Positions 1-12,214 of a stretch of 64,000 nucleotides of DNA are shown one piece after another. How positions within the stretch are numbered: the first letter of the stretch is position 1; the number at the start of each line of letters is the position of its first letter. Source of the DNA: Centroscyllium fabricii (Eukaryota); contig JBNRSN020000025.1 in assembly GCA_051313645.2 (NCBI GenBank), positions 29,698,001 through 29,762,000 of the forward strand, in the 5' to 3' direction. The notes beneath the pieces were generated by a model. That model was given only the letters and a program-made list of their open reading frames with translations. It was not told the DNA's origin and ran no database searches. A program made the position numbers and the translations under genes.

Positions 1-465
1 GGGCGTCGCTGGCAAGGCCAGCATTTGTTGACCATCCCTAATTGCCCTTGAGAAGGTGTTTTTTGTGAGCCGACTTCTTGAACCGCTGCAGTCCGTGTGG
101 CGAAGGTGCTCCCACGGTGCTGTTAGGGAGGGAGTTCCAGGATTTTGACCCAGCGACGATGAAGGATCAGCGATATACTTCCAAGTCAGGATGCTGTGTG
201 ACTTGGAGGGGAACTTGGAGGTGGTGGTGTTCCCATGCACCTGCTGCCCTTGTCCTTCGCGGTATTGGAGTTCACAATTTTGGGAGGTGCTGCCGAAGAC
301 TTGGCGACTTGCCGCCGTGCATCCTGTAGATGGTACACACTGCAGCCAAGGTGGAGGTAGTTGATGTTTAGGCTAGTGGATGAGGTACCGATCAAGCGGA
401 CTACTTTGTTCTGGATAGTATTGAGCTACTTGAGTGTTGTTGCAGCTGCACCTATCCAGGCAAAC
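1..465 (-). mobile_element. 3' fragment of a LINE (clade unresolved; same family as 25755-26385 and 54575-55380)
   Basis: Same 3' end as the RT-coding copy at 54575-55380 (ccctaattgcccttgagaagg...cttcttgaaccgctgcagtcc); degenerate RT C-terminus in ORF 186-395. Confidence 0.8.
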
Positions 466-519
466 ATTCTGTACACTGTATGCTAGATCAGTGTGACCCC
501 TTGTGTGGGGTCTAAGACT

Positions 520-1285
520 CTATCTTTAGAAAAGAGAAGGCTGAGGGGTGACCTGATAGAGGTCTTTAAAATTATGAAGGGGTTCGATAGGATTGACATA
601 GAGAAGATGTGGGGACAGGGCCGGCCTTAGGCCAATTGAACTTATTTGACCCAATGGGGCCCCGCACCCATTACTTGAAAGTCCATACTCAAAACCCTAA
701 CACCTTCAAACCAAACCTGTGTCTTATTCTTTTGAGCTGCAAAAAGGCACCAATCAATAATTAGTCTCGGGCTAGAAATGCAGGCATGGAGCAGTCATGC
801 ACAACATGACTAATTATAGCAACCTTGAAGGAGATCTGGATCACTTTACTTTCACATTGATGCTAAGGTATCATACTGGGCGCTGACTTGAGTTTAGCCA
901 GCCCTGAGTGATGTGTAATATCATATTGCTCAGGTTCCACTCTGGTCCAAATTGGGCCCCGCAATTGCTGAGGCCGGCCCTGTGTGGGGGAGTCCAAATC
1001 TAGGTGTCATCACTATAAGGCAGTCACTAATAAATCCAATAGGAATTCAGGAGAAACGTCTTTACTCAGAGAGTGGTGAGAATGTGGAACATGCTGCCAC
1101 AGGAGTGGTTGAGGTGAATAGCATGGATTAATTTAAGGGGAAGCTGGATAAACAATGAGAAAGGAATAGAAGGAGATGTTGATAGGGTGAAGTGAAGTAG
1201 GGTGGGAGGAGGCTCGTGTGGCGCATAAACACCGGCATGGACCAGTTGGGCCGAATGGCCTGTTTCTGTGCTGTACATTCAATGT
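520..1285 (+). mobile_element. CR1 LINE 3' fragment interrupted by a hAT MITE
   Basis: CR1 ORF2 end (agaaggctgaggggtgacctgatagaggtc; tttactcagagagtggtgagaatgtggaa) and CR1 tail gggccgaatggcctgtttctgtgctgta. Confidence 0.85.
616..982. mobile_element. hAT-superfamily non-autonomous DNA transposon (MITE)
   Basis: TIRs cagggccggcct/aggccggccctg; 8-bp TSD tgtgggga (608-615)/tgtggggg (983-990); the CR1 resumes after it. Confidence 0.85.
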
Positions 1286-1286
1286 G

Positions 1287-1919
1287 CAGGTTGAGCCTCC
1301 AAAATCTGGAGATCCGGACTCCGGGACGATTGGTGGCAGGGTCGTCCGGATTCCGTAAAATGTTCCGGAATCTGGACACCCTGAGGGAGACTTAACCAAA
1401 AAACATAAAATATCGCAACCTGGGCTCGGGCGTTTCCGGACTTCGGACATCAGAAACACGTTCCGAAGTCCGGAAAAACACGAAAACTGGCTCGGCCTCG
1501 GTCCCGAGGTTAGAAACATAGAAACATAGAAGATAGGAGCAGGAGTCGGCCATTCGGCCCTTCGAGCCTGCTCCGCCATTCAATGAGATCATGGCTGATC
1601 ATCCAAACCCAGTACCCCGCCCCTGCCCTCTCCCCAAATCCCTATCGAGCCTGCACCGACACATATCCCACCCTATCCCGTAACCCCACATATTCAATCC
1701 CCCTAACACTAAGGGTCAATTTATCCTGGCCAATCAACCTAACCCGCACATCTTTGGACTGTGGGAGGAAACCGGAGCACCCGGAGGAAACCCACGCAGA
1801 CACGGGGAGAATGTGCAAACTCCACACAGATAGTACCCGAGGCTAGATTTGAACCCGGGTCTCCAGTGCTGTGAGGCAACAGTGCTAGCCACCATGCCGG
1901 ATTCAGGACGCTCGACCTG
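1287..1919. mobile_element. Tc1/mariner-pogo (Tigger-like) MITE with nested SINE
   Basis: Termini caggttgagc...gctcgacctg followed by TA; same terminal type as 10485-11290 and 34887-35604. Confidence 0.75.
1511..1897 (-). mobile_element. HE1-like V-SINE, long-tail variant
   Basis: V-domain (ggagtttgcacattctccccgtgtctgcgtgggtttcctccgggtgctccgg on -), tRNA-like head and CR1-derived tail. Confidence 0.85.
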
Positions 1920-2827
1920 TAATTCTATGCAGAGCAGGGAGACCCCTTGAGTTCAGCAAACTACCGCCAAGAGTTTTCTCTGCCACTATTTTGGTTAATT
2001 GCCCAAAATGTATACATGAATGTTCTTGAAGTAACCAGATAATTACCATAGTTAGAAGGAATATCCTGCCGTTGATGGTGCTTAGGAAAAGCCTATTCAT
2101 GCATAAGGCAGCCTCTAAATCACAGATGCACATTATCACAGGGACATCAGGGCACCCACCCAGATCTGTTAACTGTCAGGTAAGGATTGTCCTCGAAAGA
2201 CTTTGAAAAGAAAATAGTTAAAACTTCTTGGATTTTTGTAGTATTGTATACTCTTAGACATGCTGCTACTGGTAGAGTAGGATTGTGGGTGAATAGGTGG
2301 GACATTGTGTACATTCATTTAAAGCAAACATATTTTAAGATGCATTGACAGAGTCATTTTGATTTCTAATTTAGTGCAAAATGCTCCTTCTGTGGACATT
2401 TCAGAGAGCTCTGCAGTAGAAGGAAGGTTAAATGACACCTTCAATTCTGACAGTCAAGCTTCTCATCAATCTCTCTCTTCTGCTGAGCTTGCCATCACTC
2501 TTCTACTTTTAAATGTATTTTTCCATTTTCTGCAATCCTATCTTACAGGCTGAATTGTTGTCCATGTGTGTATTTCGGGCAATGTCTTTTTTTTGTATGA
2601 TGTCTAATCTGGGTATGTCCCTATTTGTATACTTAATCATCCTTCAACTCTATTGCCGTGCTAAATGGAGAGGTAATCTCTGAAGGCTTTTCATTTGTGG
2701 AGTTTACTTGGATGTTAAGGAGAATACGGAGAACTTTCTTGGAATGGCACAAGCTGTTTGGCCATTATGGGCAAGTACCCAGTACCTTGCCTGGTACAAA
2801 CCAACTGCCACTTTTCCCAATAGACTG

Positions 2828-3250
2828 GTTCAATTGGTGTCACACTTGCCTCTGGCGCAGAAGGGTCATGGGTTCAAGTCCCACTCCAGAGACTTGAGCA
2901 CATAGTACTGAGAGAGTGCTGCACCTTCATTTGAGAAGTTAAACCAAGGCCCCATCTGCCTGTTTTGGTGATTCAGGTGGGTGCCAAAGACTCCAGGCGT
3001 TTGGAAAACACCGGGGAGCTCTCCCGATGTTCTGGCCGACATTCCGCCCCCCCACCTCCCACCCCTACAACTAAGAACACTAGAAATAGATTAACTGGCC
3101 ATTTATTTAATTGATGTTTGTCGGTTCATGCTGTGTTCGAAATAGCTCTGAGCTTGCTTGCATATTAACAGTGATTGCACTATAAAGTATGTGAAGCATT
3201 TTAAGACATTTCTGAGGGACGTGTTAAGTGGCCATCAAATGCAAGTCATT
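2828..3250 (+). mobile_element. Degenerate DeuSINE (SacSINE1-like)
   Basis: gggttcaagtcccactccagagacttgagcaca...gttaaaccaaggccccatctgcc; similar to the better-preserved copy at 21010-21478. Confidence 0.65.
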
Positions 3251-3820
3251 TTTACTTATGCCTATCTGGTGCCGCTGTTCCTGGTATAAATATCAGCACG
3301 GGTTCAGTACAGGGCCCACTATCCCCAGTAGCACTGCCACCTAGCTGCATGCTGAAGATTGGTTTCACAGCAGGTAAGTAGCCTCCAACTCCAATCTGAG
3401 TGTCAGTACAACTTTCAATTACATCACTGGTGCTATGCCTACCCGAACACCATGCGGGTCCAGTATTGGCACACGCCATTGTCAGTGCTGGTGCAGGTGA
3501 GTCCTGAAACGCACGGTACGGATGCCATTATTGGTACCACACTAGAGGTGCAGCACCAGATCTCCAATCCTGCTGCATTTTTGGGAAGTAAACTGGATTA
3601 AAGTCTACTCTGTAATACCAGTGACTGGCACCCAACGAAATGGGGGAACGGTGAAGCTTGCCCGTGCTTATGCAGAGATGTTTTAAAATGTATTCCCTGT
3701 ATGGTTTGGTCTATTCATGTCTTGTCAGATTGTTGCGAGTGCTATAGCAGCGATGTTGATGTCCTGTACGCGAGATCTGTTTTCTTACCAACTTTCACTT
3801 TGTCTGTTTGTGATTTACAG

Positions 3821-3982
3821 TGCAACTCTCTCTGTCAAACCTCCACTTTCACACGCTCAGAGTTTTTAGGAGCCCTGAAGCTGCCTCTCCTGACTCAGGG
3901 AAGGTGTAGTGAGACCAATCACAAAGCTGCATGCTTCTGTGCTAGTGTCACCATTAGCATCGGTGTTTCTGATTTGCTTTGA
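3821..3982 (+). CDS. Candidate alternative PLCH2 exon (first 20 codons resemble the PLCH1 post-C2 cassette; possibly terminal)
   Basis: Pyrimidine tract plus ttacag acceptor ending at 3820; phase-0 frame CNSLCQTSTFTRSEFLGALK resembles recalled PLCH1 WSPLILNPSYTILHFLGATK; no GT after codon 20; frame open to TGA at 3982. Confidence 0.35.
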   Translation, partial: CNSLCQTSTFTRSEFLGALKLPLLTQGRCSETNHKAACFCASVTISIGVSDLL

Positions 3983-4089
3983 CACACTACTTTCAACTCA
4001 TACATGGATTTGAATGTCACCCAATCCCTCTGTGCTTACCCATCTTAACTGCACTAACCCTCTGACATGCAGGTTCAGGATTTTTATTT

Positions 4090-4624
4090 TGATATGTACT
4101 GTGTACATGTTTTACAATCACAAACGGAGAATGCACTGACAGATCCAGGGTGCGATTGATAACACTAACGGCCAACTTGGTGTTAAGGGCTGACTCTGGG
4201 AAAGACAACCTCCTACCTTGGTCCAACTATATATATATCGAAAAGGGCGGAGTCCTGACCTTTGAAATCCCGTTACAGTCCCTTCAGCTGCAGGTTCAAT
4301 GTATGTTTCTTAACCTATCCAATCCGACACTTGGGATTTTTGTGGTTCTATTTGATTGGCCAAGTCAGACGTGACCTATCCACAGTCTAGGTGACGTCAC
4401 CCACCCAGTGCCAGTAACTAAATATAAGCCAAAAGGTGATTGACAGTCAGGAGAAGCTTAGATCTTCCATCAATGTCCGGCAATGATTCTTTGTCACTTG
4501 TGGGTCCTTCAACATGATTAATTACAGCAGACTTGTATGGGATCTTGTTCCATTATGGAAAGTAGTATATGTATGACAACAGGCTGTGTGTGGCTTGAGA
4601 GTGTTAACTGTGCTGAGCATTACA
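4090..4624 (-). mobile_element. Probable solo LTR
   Basis: TG...CA ends, imperfect 5-bp TSD tattt/tatat; CRE (tgacgtca), CCAAT, GC box and TATATA in promoter order on the - strand. Confidence 0.5.
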
Positions 4625-4631
4625 TATATTT

Positions 4632-5464
4632 AATGTCGCTGGGCCCCCTGCTGCTCAATGGAGGAGGTCTGTTGTTGGAGGGTGATGTTGGTGTATCTCC
4701 CCATTGCGACCCTCCAATCCAATCCTTTGATATGAAAACAGAAAATGCTGGAAACACTCAGCACTTTAGGGCACTTTTTAGTCACACTTGGGACAGAAGT
4801 TGGCTGATTCAACCAACGTTCTTCTAAAAGCCGATCAGTTGCTCTATTTGTGTTTTAGGTCACTTTTTTGGTGGGGGGTGGGGGGGTGGTTGGTTTTACA
4901 TTTCTGCTGATTCCCAATTTGCCTCAGTCCCTTTTTGAGCTGGCCATGGGTTAAAGGAAGAGCTCACCCATCTCCCCGCTGGTCTGTCGTCATCAGCAGA
5001 GCCCTGGTGCGCACAAGTTCTTGCACCGTCCCTTTGCCCACTTTGGTGGCACCCAGGCAGTTGCCATGGCATTCAGCTCTTGTCCTTGGCCACTGCGGCA
5101 CGCCACTACCCAATACAGTGACATTTACCTTCACTGATCTCACCGTGCCTCACTCACTACAGCTACAGTATTAGGGAGAGGAAGTTTTATTAGACAGTGG
5201 CGGAAAGGGAGATATTATTGCCCCCTACCTGTCCCCATTCCACCCTGTAGTTACCCCCTTTGAAGATTGGGGTGCGCCTGTATTGACCATCTAGCTTGTC
5301 ATGGAACCTCCTTGCTCTGGTCTCCAGTACAGAATGTCGCTGGGCCCACTGCTGCTCAATGGAGGGGCTCTGTTGTTGGAGGGTGATGTTGGTGTATCTC
5401 CCCATTGCGACCCTCCAATCCAATCCTTTGATATGAAAACAGAAAATGCTGGAAACACTCAGCA
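4632..5464 (+). repeat. Local direct duplication of 132 bp (4632-4763 and 5333-5464)
   Basis: Near-identical aatgtcgctgggccc...gaaaatgctggaaacactcagca in both copies. Confidence 0.9.
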
Positions 5465-6595
5465 GGTCAGGCAGCATCTGCGGAGAGAGAAACAGAGTTA
5501 ACGTTTCAGGTCGATGACCCTTTGATGTTCAGCTTCGGGATTTTGTGCTACACTGAGAGAATTTGAGAGTAGAAAGAAGTGTGTCTGGTCTGAGCCCACA
5601 TTTTTAATTGGTTAGTCCCTGAAGTAGAAGCCATGGGGCAGAATATTGGATGAGTTTACTGAAAATTGCACAACCAAATTCTTTGGGAAACTATTTCAAA
5701 AGCCTACAACCCACCCCCTGGATCTGCCTGTATATATAGATTTTTTTTTTAAACATTGGTTTTTAAAAAAAAACATAAACCTCCGGCTCTTGAATCACTG
5801 CCCTTTTGATTCAAGAATCAGTGCTTTTTATCGTCTCATAACAGCTTGGTTTTGTTTGGCTATGCCAAAGGTGCTACCACATATTTATTGGACTAACATT
5901 AACCGGATTGCCACCAGAATTCATATTGGCTGCACACTCACTTCCACCTGGACCTAACCATATGCCCTCAATGGGCTACGCCTTTGTTCCTGATCCTAAA
6001 GAGTTTCTCCCACCACCCCCACTCTTTCCCCCACCCCTCCCCTGCCCCCTTCCCTTCCCTTTAACAAGAATTCCATGTCTTCACAGGCTCTTGCAATTAT
6101 GTGAAGAAACGGGAAATCTAACCAAGGAAAAGTAGCATGGGATTGTAGGAAGAGTAAGACAGGAAGAAATTGGTGGCGATCACTGTAGTCCACCACATAC
6201 ACGGAGGGAATGATATGATAGGTCTGATGGTTGTGTCTGGGGAAAGGCTGCTTGGATCCTATCATTGGATGTCGAGGCTTTTTCTCTCTCTGTTTTCCCA
6301 GAGCAGGTGAAAGAATTTGCCAATGATCAAACTGCTAGAGTGCAAGACTCAACGGACTCCAGTAATCTTGCAGGAATATCAGGAGCAGGAAGAGGCCATT
6401 CAGCCCCTCCAGCCTGTTCCACCATTTAATTAGATCACGGATGATTTGTACCTCAACTTTATTTAGCCGCCTTTGCCCAATACCCCTTGATAACCTTACC
6501 TAACAAAAGCCGATCAATCTGAATCTTGAAAGCTCCAATTGTCCCCCAACATCCACAGCCTTTTGGGGGAGGGAATTTCAGATTTTGACAACCCT

Positions 6596-8845
6596 ATCAA
6601 AACTCTCTGGACTCAGCAAAGGTCCCGGCAGACTGGAAAACTGCTAATGTAACGCCCTTATTTAAAAAGGGTAGTACACAGAAGACTGGAAACTATAGAC
6701 CAGTTAGCCTAACATCTGTGGTTGGCAAAATGTTGGAAGTCCATTATTAAGGAAACAGTAACAGGACATTTGGATAAACATAATTTAATAGGACAAAGTC
6801 TGCATGGTTTTACGAAGGGGAAGTCATGTTTGACAAATTTGCTCGAGTTCTTTGAGGACGTAACATACAGGGTGGATAAAGGGGAACCAGTGGATGTAGT
6901 ATATTTGGACTTCCAAAAGGCATTTGACAAGGTGCCACACAAAAGATTATTGCTCAAGGTAACAAATTACGGGATCGGGAGTAATATTCTGGCATGGGTG
7001 GAGGATTGGCTTTCTAACAGAAAGCAGAGAGTTGGGATAAATGGTTCGTTCTCAGACTGGCAATTAGTGACGAGTGGTGTTCTGCAGGGGTCAGTGCTGG
7101 GACCCCAACTCTTTACAATCTATATTAATGATTTGGAAGAAGGGACCAAGTGCAACAGATCAAAGTTTGCGGCGATACAAAGATGGGAGGGAGGGTGATG
7201 AATGAGGAGGACATTAAAAACCTGCAAAAGGACATAGATAGGCTAAGTGAGTGGGCAGAGATTTGGCAGATGGAATATAATACTGGAAAGTGTGAGGTTA
7301 TGCACTTTGGCAGGAAAAATAATAGAGCGAGTTATTATCTTAATGGAAAGAAACTGGAAAGTACTTCAGTGCAAAGGGATCTGGGGGTCCTGGTGCAGGA
7401 AACACAAAAAGTTAGTATGCAGGTGCAGCAGGTGGTCAGGAAGGCCAACGGAATGTTGGCTTTTATTGCTAAAGGCCCTGTCACACCTAGACGTTTTAGC
7501 CAGCGTATGCAAATTTGGCTAAAACGCTGAATTTTTGACTTTTTTTCAGTTTTGGGCGTAAATAGCGTATTCATAACGTATGCATAACGTATTAGTAACG
7601 TACACAGAACGTATCGATAACTTACAGATAACTTATACCAACGAATGCTTAGCGTGTTGTCGGCGTTCACAACTTATGCCCAACGATAGTCTAACGTATG
7701 CATAGTGCGCGGCAGCGTATCGCCGACGTTTTAGATAAATTTTGATACGTTGGCATACTAAATCGTCAAGTTGTGACAGGGCATGACAGGGGCACAGGTA
7801 AAGTGTGTTCAACGATCGCCTAACGTGCCTACAACGTATGGCCAGCGTATGCGGAACGTGTGAGTCATACGCTGGATAAGTCGAGATTTTTTGTGCATGC
7901 TCAAAAATTCTCGACTTACTCGAAGTACAACGACGTATGCAACGTATGCCCAGCGTTCTCGTAACGTACCCATAACGTTTCCGACGTAACCCAACGTTTT
8001 AGCCAAATTTGCATACGCTGGCTAAAATGTCTAGGTGTGACAGGGCCTTAAGGGGATTGAGTATAAAAACAGGGAGGTCTTGCTGCAGTTGTGCAGGGTA
8101 TTGGTGAGACCACACCTGGAATACTGCGTGCAGTTCTGGTGTCCATATTTAAGAAAAGGCAGACTTGCTTTCGAGGCAGTGCAAAGAAGGTTCACTCGGT
8201 TAATCCCGGGGATGAGGGGGTTGACATATGAGGAGAGGTTGAGTAGATTGGGCCTCTACTCATTGGAGTTCAGAAGAATGAGAGGCGATCTTATTGAAAC
8301 ATGTAAGATTGTGAAGGGGCTTGATCGGGTGGATGCGGTGAGGATGTTCCCAATTGTCGGTGAAACTAGGACTAGGGGGCATAATCTTAAAATAAGGGGC
8401 TGCCCTTTCAAAACTGAGATGAGGAGAAGCTTCTTCACTCAGAGGGTGGTAGGTCTGTGGAATTTGCTGCCCAAGAGAGCTGTGGAAGCTACAACATTGA
8501 ATACATTTTTAAAAGAGATAGACAGTTTCCTAGAAGTAAAGGGAATTAGGGGTTACGGTGAGCAGGCAGGTAAGTGGACATAAGTCTAGGTTCAGATCGG
8601 CCATGTGATCTCCTGGACGAGTTTTGATCGCCTAGATGGGTCGGAGAGGAATTTCCCAGATTTTTTCTCCCAAATTGGCCACTGTTTTTTTTAATCTGGT
8701 TTTTCGCCTCTCCCGGGTGATCACATGGGTTCGGGCGGGATGGAGAGTGAAAGTAGATTTGAGGTTAGGATCAGATCAGCTATTGTTGAATGGCGGAGCA
8801 GGCTCGAGGGGCCGATTGGCCTACTCCTGCTCCTATTTCTTATGT
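6596..8845 (+). mobile_element. 5'-truncated CR1 LINE with RT domain, frameshifted and interrupted by a MITE
   Basis: ORFs 6722-7198, 7150-7530 and 8080-8583 encode CR1 RT motifs ([44 protein letters not shown]); CR1 3' UTR follows. Confidence 0.95.
7473..8048. mobile_element. PIF/Harbinger MITE
   Basis: ~55-bp TIRs (aggccctgtcacacctagacgttttagcc...) and TAA TSD (7470-7472/8049-8051); removal restores the CR1 sequence. Confidence 0.92.
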
Positions 8846-9329
8846 TCGATCCAGTTCTTTTAACATTTTAAACACCTCAATCTGATCACCCCTCAATCTT
8901 CTAGACTCAAGAGTCATGTGCTTTCTTTACTTTCTCGCGCCAACCTGCACTACCCATCACTCACCTGCTAAGAAGGTGTATGGGTGACCTAATGTCTGGC
9001 ATGTGCCAGTGCTGTTGTGAAACTGGTCCCAAGGAGATCCGAAGGTGATGGTGGCTGATCCTACCACCTATACTTCCCGCCCAGTGGAGAAACACCCGGC
9101 CCCGCACAGTATCCTCCTGCAGCGACAAGGTTGATGTCAGGAACTCGACTTGTGGGCAATCTCACATGCTAGCCCAGGTCCTGCCATCCTGTGCCACAAC
9201 ACGTTGGGGCTTTAACGCAATGTGCCAACACGTCATCCACAGCACAGATTTGGGTAACGGCAAATGTTTGGTCTACTGACCGGTCCCAAAGGTGCTTGTG
9301 TATTTCATTCTTGTGCAAGAACTGAGCAG

Positions 9330-9775
9330 TTATACCTATGAGGAAAGGCTCAAGAGGCTGGGGCTCTTTTCTCTAGAAAAGAGAAGGCCTGATGACCTGA
9401 TCGAGGTCTTTAAAATTTTGAAGAAGTTCGCTAGGATAGACAAAGAGAAGATGTTTCCACTTGTGGGAGAGTCCAAAACTAGGGGCCATAAATCCAAGAT
9501 ATTCACTAATAAATCCAATAAACAATGCAGGAGCAACTTCTTCACCCAGAGAGTGGTTAGAATGTGGAGCTTGCTACCACACGGAGTAGTTGAGGCGAAT
9601 AGCACAGATGCCTTCAAGGGGAAACTAGATACATACACGAGGGAGCGAGGAATAGAAGGATATGCTGATGGTGTTTATGAAGTAGGGTGGGAGAGGCTCG
9701 AACCCTACATTGGCACCAACCAGTTGGGCCGAATGGCTCGTTTCTGTGCTATACATTCTATGTAATTCTATGAGT
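9330..9775 (+). mobile_element. CR1 LINE 3' fragment
   Basis: ORF 9292-9765 YEERLKRLGLFSLEKRR...FFTQRVVRMW plus CR1 tail. Confidence 0.9.
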
Positions 9776-10669
9776 TAGTAAATTGTCAGTGAACTTTATC
9801 TGACTACACCAGCACCAAGAGAGCAAGGCTTGCTTTATCAATCCATGTTAGAGAGTTTGTAAAATAAAAAGAAAGTCATCTTTGTTTGGTAAATTATTTT
9901 CTCTCTCTAATGCACGTTGCCTGGAGATTAAAGACAGATGATCCCTGAAGCTAGGAATTGTCGGACTATAACTGTTCTGGTGATGTGGTCCTGGAATACT
10001 GGGAGCTGGATTCCCTGCTTCCCCCCGCCCCCCCCCCCCCAAACCCCCATACAAGTCGATCTGGAATTCTAGGTTTCAACTCAAGGCTAGGTTTTATCAC
10101 AAGATGTATAGAATATAAAAAGCCCAGAAGTAATGCTGAGCCTATATAAAACCCTAAGCAAATGTGTGCAGCATTGGGTTCCACGCGTAGGATGATACAA
10201 TCCAGATTCACTGAGATGCTGCGAAGAAATGCGAATACAAAGAAAGACTTGAAAAATGGGCTCTTTTATTCATTAGAATAATGCAGGTTATGGGACAATG
10301 TGACAGAAGTGTTTTAAAAAATGAAAGTAGGCACAGGGTAGATATAAGCTGATTGTTTCCAGTAGTTTAGGGGGTGAGGAACGAGGAGGGCCATTGATAA
10401 AAGACTAAATGTAAAATGATTTAAAACAGAGGGCAGGAGAAACTGCTTCACACAATGGGATAGATCTTGACTTCAATAGAAATGCGGGTTGAGCACCGGT
10501 AATCCGGCACCCGATGGTCCGGCAGCTTCGGTGGTTCGGCACGATTGGAAACCGGCGCTCTTCATTTTGCAGAGCTGCCGCTCGACGGCGCCACCATTTC
10601 CCGCGAAGGGTCAGCGAGCGCCGAAGGTGTCAGGCGTTTGGGTTTCTGTTTTTTAGGTTTTGTATGTGT

Positions 10670-10880
10670 TCTATCCCCGGGCTCCCTCCCGGGGAGTGTT
10701 CCACCGCGCGCTCCGGGCCCCGGGGAGTGTTCCACCACGCGCTCTGGGTCCCCGGGCCCCGGGGTGTGTGCTACTGCGCTCTCCGGGCCCCGGGGAGTGT
10801 TGTACCGCGCTCTCCAGGCCCCGGGGAGTGTTCTACTGCACGCTCCGGGCCCCGGGGAGTGTTCTACCGCGCGCTCCCCC
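10670..10880. repeat. ~31-bp GC-rich tandem repeat (ccgggccccggggagtgttctaccgcgcgct), ~6 copies
   Basis: Direct inspection. Confidence 0.9.
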
Positions 10881-10883
10881 CGA

Positions 10884-11205
10884 ACATAGAAACATAGAAG
10901 ATAGGAGCAGGCGTAGGCCATTCGGCCCCTTCGAGCCTGCTCCGCCATTCAATGAGATCATGGCTGATCATCCAAACCCAGCACCCTGTCCCTGCCTTCT
11001 CCCAATATCCCTCGATTCCTATCGAGCCACATATCACACCCTATCCCCGTAACCCCACATATTCAATCCCCCTAACACTAAGGGTCAATTTATCATGGCC
11101 AATCAACCTAACCCGCACACCTTTGGACTGTGGGAGGAAACCGGAGCACCCGGAGGAAACCCACGCAGACACGGGGAGAATGTGCAAACTCCACACAGAT
11201 AGAAC
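10884..11205 (-). mobile_element. 5'-truncated HE1-like SINE, long-tail variant
   Basis: Same body and tail as 1511-1897. Confidence 0.85.
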
Positions 11206-11656
11206 ACGAGGCACCTTCAGTGGTTCGAAATTTTCAGTGGTCCGGCACCGGCCTGGTCCCGAGGATGTCGGATTAACGGTGCTCAACCTGTAATAGTCGG
11301 GAGTGATGTAACACAGGCTGCCGACTCGCTACCACCCGTTTTACACTATCGCACAGAGTCAGGATTGACCTCAGAGTTGTGAGGCTGTGGAATTCACTTT
11401 AGTGGCTGAGGCAGAAATTACGTCAACAACCCGGATTAGATTGGAGAGGCGGATGAAGGAAAAGGGGGTTAAAGGGAAACGGGAAGAGGGCAGGTAAATG
11501 TGATTAGAACTATAGGCTGGTGTGGAGGGTAACTGCCGGGATGGACTGGTTGGGCCGAATGGCCTGTTTCTGTGTTGTGTGTGTGTATATATTGGCCAAA
11601 GGCTGCATTCCTGGTCTCAGCCCAAGACATCTGGATGAGACATCAAGCAATGGTAA

Positions 11657-12214
11657 TGGCCCTGTCACACCTAGATGTTTTAGCCACAGTATGCAAATTT
11701 GGCTAAAACGCTGGGTTACGTCAGATACGTTATGGGTACGTTATGCATACGTTAAGAGCACGCTGGCATACGCTGGCCATAAGTTGCATAAGTCGTTGTA
11801 CTTCGAGTAAGTCGAGAAATTTTGAGCATGCACAAAATTTCTCGACGTATCTTGCGTATGATTCACATGTTCCGCATACGCTGGCCATACGTTGTAGGCA
11901 TGTTTGGCGATCGTTGACACACGTCGACACACGTTACTTGTAAGTTAGTCATAAGTCAAAAGACGTCGAGATAATTTCTAAGCGTACCCGGAACTTATTT
12001 CTAACCTATGAGTAACGTGCTTTGAACCTATGTGTAACGTATCTCCAACGCATATTGACGACCACAGAACTTACTGAACGTGTTTGCTACCGTATAAAAC
12101 GTTATACGTCCAACTCGTTATGAATACGCTATTAAATGCCCAAAGTTCAGCGTAACCCAGCGTTTTAGCCAAATTTGCATACTGTGGCTAAAACGTCTAG
12201 GTGTGACAGGGCCA
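11657..12214. mobile_element. PIF/Harbinger MITE related to 7473-8048, opposite orientation
   Basis: Same long TIRs (ggccctgtcacacctaga...); flanked by TAA/TTA. Confidence 0.9.

Larger units (their letters stand above)
10485..11290. mobile_element. Tigger-like MITE containing a GC-rich tandem repeat and a SINE
   Basis: TIRs cgggttgagcaccggtaatccg/cggattaacggtgctcaacctg followed by TA. Confidence 0.8.

Noticed and set aside
2126-2179. 54-nt in-frame micro-exon candidate with a strong CAG|gtaagg donor
   Set aside because: Weak polypyrimidine tract and no resemblance to PLCH proteins.
5496-5530. Hammerhead-like stem II/GAAAC on the - strand
   Set aside because: The CUGANGA core is missing; this is a truncated element copy.
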